Assembly (NCBI GenBank): GCA_902385155.1
Contig: CABMEP010000035.1
Location: 1 to 39,299, forward strand
DNA: 39,299 bases
Reading direction: 5' to 3'
DNA from: an uncultured archaeon
Lineage (GTDB): Archaea; Micrarchaeota; Micrarchaeia; CABMEP01
This document shows positions 1 to 5,061 of this stretch, piece by piece. The notes under the pieces were generated by a model that had not been told where the DNA came from, did not search any database, and saw only the letters and a program-made list of their open reading frames with translations. Both the position numbers and the translations under genes were made by a program. Position 1 is the first letter of the stretch. Every line of letters begins with the position of its first letter.

Positions 1-226
1 CCGTGTTCTGGCGGGTGTGGCCGTCCATGCGGATCAGGCCGTGGCCTTCGTCCTGCGGGTGGGCGGGCCATACGACTGCCACCGTGGTCTTCTTCGCCTT
101 CAGCTCTACGATGTCTCCTGTCGTAGCATTCAGCTTCTTCATGGCGACGGAGTCAAGCCTGACGATTCCTCTCGCCACGTCCGTCTTCAATGCCTCTGCG
201 ACCTTCAATTCGATATGTTCTGTCAT
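1..226 (-). CDS. cdc48: CDC48/VAT family AAA+ ATPase, N-terminal part (runs off window start)
   Basis: Manual translation from ATG at 226: MTEHIELKVAEALKTDVARGIVRLDSVAMKKLNATTGDIVELKAKKTTVAVVWPAHPQDEGHGLIRMDG, a typical CDC48 N-domain. GGTGAT SD just upstream. Not in the ORF track because it is truncated. Confidence 0.9.
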   Translation of the reverse strand, partial: MTEHIELKVAEALKTDVARGIVRLDSVAMKKLNATTGDIVELKAKKTTVAVVWPAHPQDEGHGLIRMDGHTRQNT

Positions 227-286
227 GATTATCACCGTTGGATAGGGGTAGCATCGCACGCGCGTACCGACCTTGGACTCCTCGAT

Positions 287-335
287 TCCTACTCCATCCT
301 AAACTTTTTATACGTATTGCATTTCCGGAGTAGGA
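287..335. promoter_or_regulatory. 9-bp inverted repeat (TCCTACTCC / GGAGTAGGA) flanking the probable cdc48 TATA box
   Basis: Arms at 287-295 and 327-335 enclose an AT-rich TATAAAAAG (minus strand, ~305-313). Confidence 0.4.
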
Positions 336-341
336 TTAGAG

Positions 342-450
342 CGAGCCCGAAGGGAATTTCGGCGCTGCCGGAATCGTCTTCCGACCGCACGTTCGAACCC
401 TCAGCCTCCTGGTCCGAAGCCAGGCGCTCTATCCGTTGAGCTACGGGCCC
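342..450 (-). tRNA. tRNA-Arg(TCG) with 36-nt intron at position 59/60 (356-391)
   Basis: Acceptor GGGCCCG/CGGGCTC, anticodon arm CTGG-CTTCGGA-CCAG, T-stem GAGGG/CCCTT. The insert forms a strict BHB: central helix TTCG/CGAA, bulges AA^C and AT^T, inner helix GTGC/GCGC. Removal restores T-loop TTCGAAT. Confidence 0.92.
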
Positions 451-522
451 ACTGCCGGATGAATAAGGAAAGAGAGGAATAAAAGGTGAACTGAAGCGAC
501 GGCGTAAAAGAAAAATAAAAAA

Positions 523-613
523 TAGCGGGGAGTGGATTTGAACCACCGATCTCCGGGTTATGAGCCCGGCGGGCACTCCAAGCTACCCTTAGGGAACATC
601 TGTTTACCCCGCT
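523..613 (-). tRNA. Initiator tRNA-Met(CAT) with 16-nt intron at position 9/10 (589-604)
   Basis: A1-U72 pair, acceptor AGCGGGG/CCCCGCT, three G-C pairs next to the CAT loop. Removing AACAGATGTTCCCTAA gives a canonical 75-nt iMet cloverleaf. Junctions fit a BHB-like motif (GGGG/CCCT, bulges TA^A and AA^G). Confidence 0.85.
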
Positions 614-1464
614 AGCTTGGATATTACAAAACGCCTGAATTGAATAGGCGTTAACACTTTAATACCCTTCCGTAAGTAGCGTGTGTATTCTTCAGCGCGG
701 TTTCTTGTTGTTACAACAATCATTTTGACATCAGGGATCTCGTTTTTGATAAGATAGAACTTTTTGTTCAATCTATTTGATTTTTGTTCCGGATCATCCC
801 AACACGTCGCTTCAATAAGAAGATTTGGAGCCTGTTTTATAGAAAAATCTACAGATACATATCCATTTCTATTTTTAACCTTGAAAATCCGTTCATATTT
901 GTAATCAAATCCAGCCACCTGGAGTACAGATGCAACATAAACTTCAAGCCAATTGTACATTTTTTCTCCATTCGGACCGATCGATCCTCTATGGATTTGT
1001 TTTAATGCGCTCAGAGACCATCTCCTTCTTGAATTTACGGATGCGCCATGAATTCCACGTTGTCGTATTGCAAGTGTGGCACCGCCCAATTTGCATTTAG
1101 CACACCATCGATTATAGAATTCATCTCCATTAAGGAGTTCCAAAATCTTTTGTTCGCCTTTTATCGAACCGTGTTTCGCCTTTTTGATCCATTCTTTTCT
1201 AAAGTTAGGGTCTTTCATTAATTCCTTAAGTCGCGTTTTGACACGTATACTCATTTTTGAAGTGTATCTCAATCGATATGTCGGATCCTTTAATTTTTGT
1301 ATGATTGCCTTCGCACCATTTGAACGAATTGTTTTGAGATATGATGTGTTTCCTAACTCTGTCCTTAAACTTTCTTTTAGTTCCCTAAGTTTCATATGGT
1401 GTTTTATAGATAAATCAGCCAAGCGTTGTCCTGACTGGAACTCTTCAACAAGTTTACTGAACAT
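604..1464 (-). CDS. Putative site-specific endonuclease: basic N-terminal region plus C-terminal PD-(D/E)XK/Vsr-like domain
   Basis: 286 aa, AT-rich, Lys/Arg-rich. C-terminal pattern LE...FDYKYE...VDF...LLIEAT resembles restriction-fold nucleases. Own TATA box at 1494-1487. Last codons and stop overlap the tRNA-iMet 5' exon. Confidence 0.7.
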   Translation of the reverse strand: MFSKLVEEFQSGQRLADLSIKHHMKLRELKESLRTELGNTSYLKTIRSNGAKAIIQKLKDPTYRLRYTSKMSIRVKTRLKELMKDPNFRKEWIKKAKHGSIKGEQKILELLNGDEFYNRWCAKCKLGGATLAIRQRGIHGASVNSRRRWSLSALKQIHRGSIGPNGEKMYNWLEVYVASVLQVAGFDYKYERIFKVKNRNGYVSVDFSIKQAPNLLIEATCWDDPEQKSNRLNKKFYLIKNEIPDVKMIVVTTRNRAEEYTRYLRKGIKVLTPIQFRRFVISKLAG

Positions 1465-1486
1465 GCTTCAAATCAAAAATTAGTCA

Positions 1487-1494
1487 TATATAAA
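1487..1494 (-). promoter_or_regulatory. TATA box of the nuclease gene (probably leaderless transcript)
   Basis: TTTATATA ends 22 nt upstream of the ATG at 1464. Confidence 0.6.
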
Positions 1495-1521
1495 CATTTC
1501 TCTAGTTCATTTCGTGTGATT

Positions 1522-1535
1522 TACCCTACCCTGCT
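1522..1535 (-). pseudogene. Orphan copy of tRNA-iMet nt 1-14 (AGCAGGGTAGGGTA), or alternative 5' exon
   Basis: 13/14 identical to the spliced tRNA 5' end AGCGGGGTAGGGTA. Lies ~23 nt downstream of a TATA-like element (1566-1558). Confidence 0.7.
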
Positions 1536-1557
1536 ACGAGATGTATATTCCAGCTAT

Positions 1558-1566
1558 CTTTATATT
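1558..1566. promoter_or_regulatory. Probable bidirectional TATA element serving the tRNA 5' fragment (-) and the pilin-like operon (+)
   Basis: CTTTATATT lies ~22-23 nt from both the GTG at 1588 and the tRNA fragment start at 1535. Confidence 0.5.
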
Positions 1567-1587
1567 CCCTCGCCGTTTCGGAGTATC

Positions 1588-2325
1588 GTGCGCGGGGTGC
1601 TTTCGTTCCTCTATGCGTTCGCTGCGATCGCTTCGATCCTTTTCGTCTATTCGTACTATTCCTCGCTGAAAGGGGACATCGACTCGACGGAGCATCACCT
1701 CCTTGTCCTCGAAGACAGGCACGCGCGCGAAATGGAGCTGAAGCGGGCCGTCACGGACACGATACGGCACTCCGTGAATATGACTCTGAGTCTAGATCCG
1801 AACGCGGATCCCGAAGCGATACAGGAACGCATCGGCAATGACCTATCCTTGCTCAGGGGCGTCGAGGGCGCGGAGGGATACAAGAATTACTCATACGGCG
1901 ATTTCCGCAGCAGGTTCACTGTCAGATTCTGGTGCGGCAATCCATCGAAAGAAGAGCTTGATCGGGTAGCCGAGACCCATGACTGGTCCAAAAAGAGCGA
2001 TTACATCTGCGAAGGATGCCATTATCTCGACGAGGAGTTCGCGTACATTACCTTCGATTCGGATGGGAACGTCATCGGCGGCGGCACAAGGAACCTGTGC
2101 GCCCAGCTGCTCTCTGTCGATAAGGGCAACAAGATCATCTCGGTCTCCGCGTCCCAGCTGAAAAACGCGATTCTCCGCCACCGTATAATGATCGCGGATC
2201 CGCTTTCCGAAAGCGTCCTGCTTTCCGGCGATTCAATGTTCGGAGTGATGGTCTACGACAGCGCTGAAGACGTGTCATCGGTCGCAGTCATCCCGATGTC
2301 TACTGAAATCAGGTGGATTGGATGA
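1588..2325 (+). CDS. Class III signal peptide-like (pilin-associated) protein
   Basis: Restarted at GTG 1588: MRG|VLSFLYAFAAIASILF hydrophobic helix. First of four tightly coupled similar genes. Confidence 0.65.
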   Translation: MRGVLSFLYAFAAIASILFVYSYYSSLKGDIDSTEHHLLVLEDRHAREMELKRAVTDTIRHSVNMTLSLDPNADPEAIQERIGNDLSLLRGVEGAEGYKNYSYGDFRSRFTVRFWCGNPSKEELDRVAETHDWSKKSDYICEGCHYLDEEFAYITFDSDGNVIGGGTRNLCAQLLSVDKGNKIISVSASQLKNAILRHRIMIADPLSESVLLSGDSMFGVMVYDSAEDVSSVAVIPMSTEIRWIG

Positions 2326-2639
2326 GGGGTCAACTGTCGTTGGAATTCCTGGTGGTTCTGGCGGTCTACCTGGCGTTCGTAGGCGCGCTGGTGTCCGTTC
2401 AGCTGCATTACATCGACAGCTCGCGTTTCGCTTCTACAAAATCCCACATGCAGGCGACCCTGCTTTCCATCGAAGGGACGGAGAATGCGGTCAACAACAG
2501 ATACCTGCACGTAGGTTGGGGCCCGGGCGATTGCGCCATACTCGGCAGATTGGTGCTGTGCGGGACCGCGCCGGGCCTGATAGAGATCCCATTGGGTTAT
2601 TCGGAGATGAATGATATTGACAACCGATGCGTGTCGTAA
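2322..2639 (+). CDS. Type IV pilin-like protein, class III signal peptide (QxSxE motif)
   Basis: MRG|QLSLEFLVVLAVYL. ATGA overlap with the previous gene. Confidence 0.8.
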   Translation: MRGQLSLEFLVVLAVYLAFVGALVSVQLHYIDSSRFASTKSHMQATLLSIEGTENAVNNRYLHVGWGPGDCAILGRLVLCGTAPGLIEIPLGYSEMNDIDNRCVS

Positions 2640-2658
2640 CGGCCGGCCGGACGCCGGA

Positions 2659-3078
2659 ATGAAGGGATTCTTCAGCTTCGATGCGGTACTCGCAGTAGTG
2701 GTGCTGATCTCAATGATCTCGTTCACCGCGTTGATGATAAATTCTATAGAGCGTTCAGCGGACGCTCTCGCTGGCCGGGAGAACCAGATGCGACTCCTCG
2801 TTCTGTCCGATATATTCGTAAGGAGAGAGTTTGCGGAAACGACCCGTTCTGCCGTCCATTCGAATGTCATCGATCTAGCATCGATATCCTCCGCTGCCTC
2901 CGCATCGAATTTCTCGGCATTCCGCATGTCAAACGTCAGCATAGAATTGACTGGCGCCGACGGAACAGTTATCGGGTCATCTAGCACCCTCCAGGCCGAC
3001 GCGTATTGCATCCAACGGATAGTGTTCGTGAAAGGACCATATGACGGCCCAGCGGTCCTGAAGGTGTGCGGTTCATGA
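2659..3078 (+). CDS. Type IV pilin-like protein, class III signal peptide
   Basis: MKG|FFSFDAVLAVVVLISM from ATG 2659. Confidence 0.75.
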   Translation: MKGFFSFDAVLAVVVLISMISFTALMINSIERSADALAGRENQMRLLVLSDIFVRREFAETTRSAVHSNVIDLASISSAASASNFSAFRMSNVSIELTGADGTVIGSSSTLQADAYCIQRIVFVKGPYDGPAVLKVCGS

Positions 3079-3455
3079 AGGGCCAGGTGTTCACTCTTGA
3101 GGCGCTGATCGCGCTGCTGTTCCTTGCATCATCATTCACCGTGATCTCCGCGCTCAAACAGGAGACGCGATCCGATTTGTATGATTACGTGTCTGTCGCT
3201 GACACGTTCGAGGTCTTGGAGAAGCAGTACCATGTCCAACTTGCGGATTCCTGCAGAACGGGCGCCTTGTCCCCAGATGTAACGGATCTCTTCAGATTCA
3301 TAGAGGGCCAGACTGGAAAGAGGATGTTCGTCGATTGCGGCCGTCTTGCCGTGCCTAACGACTGCGATCCGTCCCTGGCCATCATCAGGATGACTACGTA
3401 CGACGAGTTCGGGACGATCGTCTGGAGGCGGGTGAGCATCGGCATCTGCAGGTGA
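3075..3455 (+). CDS. Type IV pilin-like protein, class III signal peptide
   Basis: MKG|QVFTLEALIALLFL. ATGA overlap with the previous gene. Confidence 0.8.
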   Translation: MKGQVFTLEALIALLFLASSFTVISALKQETRSDLYDYVSVADTFEVLEKQYHVQLADSCRTGALSPDVTDLFRFIEGQTGKRMFVDCGRLAVPNDCDPSLAIIRMTTYDEFGTIVWRRVSIGICR

Positions 3456-3722
3456 TTATCTCCTGCGCGCCTTGGCCTTTGTCTTCCTTGGCGCCATCGC
3501 AGGGGACTGTTTGCTCCTGATCTTTTCCTGCAGTGCGATTGTTGTCGCGAATCCCGTTCCGATCGCCGAAGCGCTCACCAGCGCGGTGCTCACTTCAGGG
3601 GAGAAGAAGGCCCCGATGGTCATCATTCCGAGGCCGGCTATCGTGCCTCCGAAGACGCCTTCGAGGATGATAGGGACGCTCTCATGCGCATGGAGCTCCT
3701 TCGGAAAGAGGATCTCTTTCAT
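3456..3722 (-). CDS. Small membrane protein, two hydrophobic helices, basic C-terminal tail
   Basis: 88-aa ORF filling the gap, with an AT-rich TATA-like element ~25 nt upstream. Confidence 0.6.
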   Translation of the reverse strand: MKEILFPKELHAHESVPIILEGVFGGTIAGLGMMTIGAFFSPEVSTALVSASAIGTGFATTIALQEKIRSKQSPAMAPRKTKAKARRR

Positions 3723-3797
3723 CGGACTGGATTCGGATGGTTCTTATTTAACCCTTTCGGTAAGTTAAATAAACTTCAGCAACACAATAGTGTGGAA

Positions 3798-3917
3798 GCC
3801 AGAGTAGCTCAGCTTGGTTAGAGCGCCAGACTCATAAGTTTCACTCAAGACCCTGTGGAAACAGAACGGTGGAATTAAGAAATCTGGAGGCCGAGTGTTC
3901 AAATCCCTCCTCTGGCA
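3798..3917 (+). tRNA. Elongator tRNA-Met(CAT) with canonical 37/38 intron (3837-3881, 45 nt)
   Basis: Acceptor GCCAGAG/CTCTGGC, anticodon stem CCAGA/TCTGG, BHB with inner helix GTTTCACT/GGTGGAAT. Met versus Ile2 identity is inferred from the general sequence pattern. Confidence 0.88.
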
Positions 3918-3940
3918 TTTCCTGCGTACGCAGTGGTCTA

Positions 3941-5017
3941 ATGGTCGCCGACATCATATCACGGACTCTATTCAATCTGGATGTGCCGGCGCTCACCGCG
4001 ATTAGCTCCTTTCTGGATATGGCCACGTGGCCGTTCCTGCTGCTCGCATGGCTCTATGTCGTTCTTTCAAAGGACCCCGGGCTGGCTTCATTGCGGAAGA
4101 AGGCGGACGTTGCGTTCATCGCCGCGCTGCTTCTGCTGGCCGCGCTCCAATACACCAAGACGACCGTGGATACGCCGCGTCCGTGCGAAACGGCGGATGC
4201 GGTCGGCAAGGGCGACTGCCCCGGCGACGGGTCGTTTCCGAGCGGCCACACCGCGATAGCCGCGCTGTTCACGGCGTTCGCGCTCGGCACGCCGCTGTTC
4301 ATCCCCTCTCTTGCCTTTTATGGCATGGTCGCGTTCTCGCGGGTGTATCTCGGATTCCATTACCTCAACGATGTGCTGGCGGGAACCGCATTCGGCCTGA
4401 TGTCGTATTTCCTGATCTGGTCCCTCGTGCGGCCAAGAGAACGGCTTCCATCAAACAAGGGAGGATTCTTCCTTCGCGAGATCGCGCACGTGGGATTCGG
4501 CCTGTCGGTGATGCTCCTCGTGGCCGTCGCACTACATTTCGTCGCGTCATGGGGGATCATGTCGGCGGCGCTCATCACATCGGCGCTCCTATGCTTCCTT
4601 CTCGTCATGGACATGAGATGGTCCGGCCGGAAAATCCCGCTTATAGGCCGGCTTTTCGGGAAGATTGGGATCAGGGATACATTCCCGGGCGAGGGCGCGT
4701 TCTGGTTCCTGGCCGGCTCTCTCCTCTTGCTCACCATGGTCACCGATTCATCCAAGGTGATGACATCGATCTTCATAGTGACGGTCGGGGACATCGCTTC
4801 GGCGATGTTCTCGTCATCGAGGACGGAGCGGTCGATATTCAAGAACAAGACGCCCGCGTCCTTCGCCGCTTTCGTGATCTCGACGCTTCCAGCGACATTC
4901 ATCGCGGGGTGGGGCGTTTTCCCGCTTTTGCTGGCGGCCGCCGCAATCGAATCACTGGACCTGAAGGTGAACGACAATTTCCTGATGCTTCTGCTTTGCA
5001 CCGTATTCTTCGCCTGA
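3941..5017 (+). CDS. PAP2 lipid phosphatase fused to a dolichol/phytol kinase-like (CTP_transf_1) membrane domain
   Basis: PAP2 motifs K-x6-RP, PSGH, SRVYLGFHYLND. C-terminal REIAH, GDIASA, KNKT and NDN motifs typical of dolichol kinase-like proteins. Start moved to 3941 to clear the tRNA. Confidence 0.8.
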   Translation: MVADIISRTLFNLDVPALTAISSFLDMATWPFLLLAWLYVVLSKDPGLASLRKKADVAFIAALLLLAALQYTKTTVDTPRPCETADAVGKGDCPGDGSFPSGHTAIAALFTAFALGTPLFIPSLAFYGMVAFSRVYLGFHYLNDVLAGTAFGLMSYFLIWSLVRPRERLPSNKGGFFLREIAHVGFGLSVMLLVAVALHFVASWGIMSAALITSALLCFLLVMDMRWSGRKIPLIGRLFGKIGIRDTFPGEGAFWFLAGSLLLLTMVTDSSKVMTSIFIVTVGDIASAMFSSSRTERSIFKNKTPASFAAFVISTLPATFIAGWGVFPLLLAAAAIESLDLKVNDNFLMLLLCTVFFA

Positions 5018-5061
5018 TCCGCCAGTGATCCTGCGGAAAAAAGCCGTTCCTTGATCGATGT

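Larger units (their letters stand above)
590..1521 (-). mobile_element. Putative nuclease-encoding insertion in the tRNA-iMet locus, bounded by an AGGGTA direct repeat
   Basis: Sharp drop in GC. AGGGTA (minus strand) at 1527-1522 and 589-584. Deleting the insert joins the upstream tRNA 5' fragment to the tRNA body. Single nuclease-like ORF, no integrase or transposase. Confidence 0.65.

Noticed and set aside
3-576. ORF-track calls 3..245, 17..439 and 289..576
   Set aside because: They are antisense to the cdc48 N-terminus or run through tRNA-Arg and tRNA-iMet, and have no protein-like motifs.
590-1521. Provirus, integrative element or IS interpretation of the tRNA-iMet insert
   Set aside because: No tyrosine/serine recombinase or transposase motifs, no terminal inverted repeats, under 1 kb, and the duplicated part is the tRNA 5' end with an added intron rather than the usual 3' att duplication.
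590-1521. Group I or group II self-splicing intron
   Set aside because: The ORF fills all but ~70 nt of the insert, leaving no room for a ribozyme core. Junctions fit BHB geometry instead.
1516-1587. N-terminal extension of ORF 1516..2325
   Set aside because: It overlaps the tRNA 5' fragment and TATA box. GTG 1588 gives a class III signal peptide like the neighbouring genes.
3869-3940. N-terminal extension of the PAP2 ORF, and the T-C mismatch in the tRNA-Met T-stem as a sign of pseudogenisation
   Set aside because: The extension overlaps the tRNA. One T-stem mismatch with all other arms and the BHB intact is not enough to call a pseudogene.
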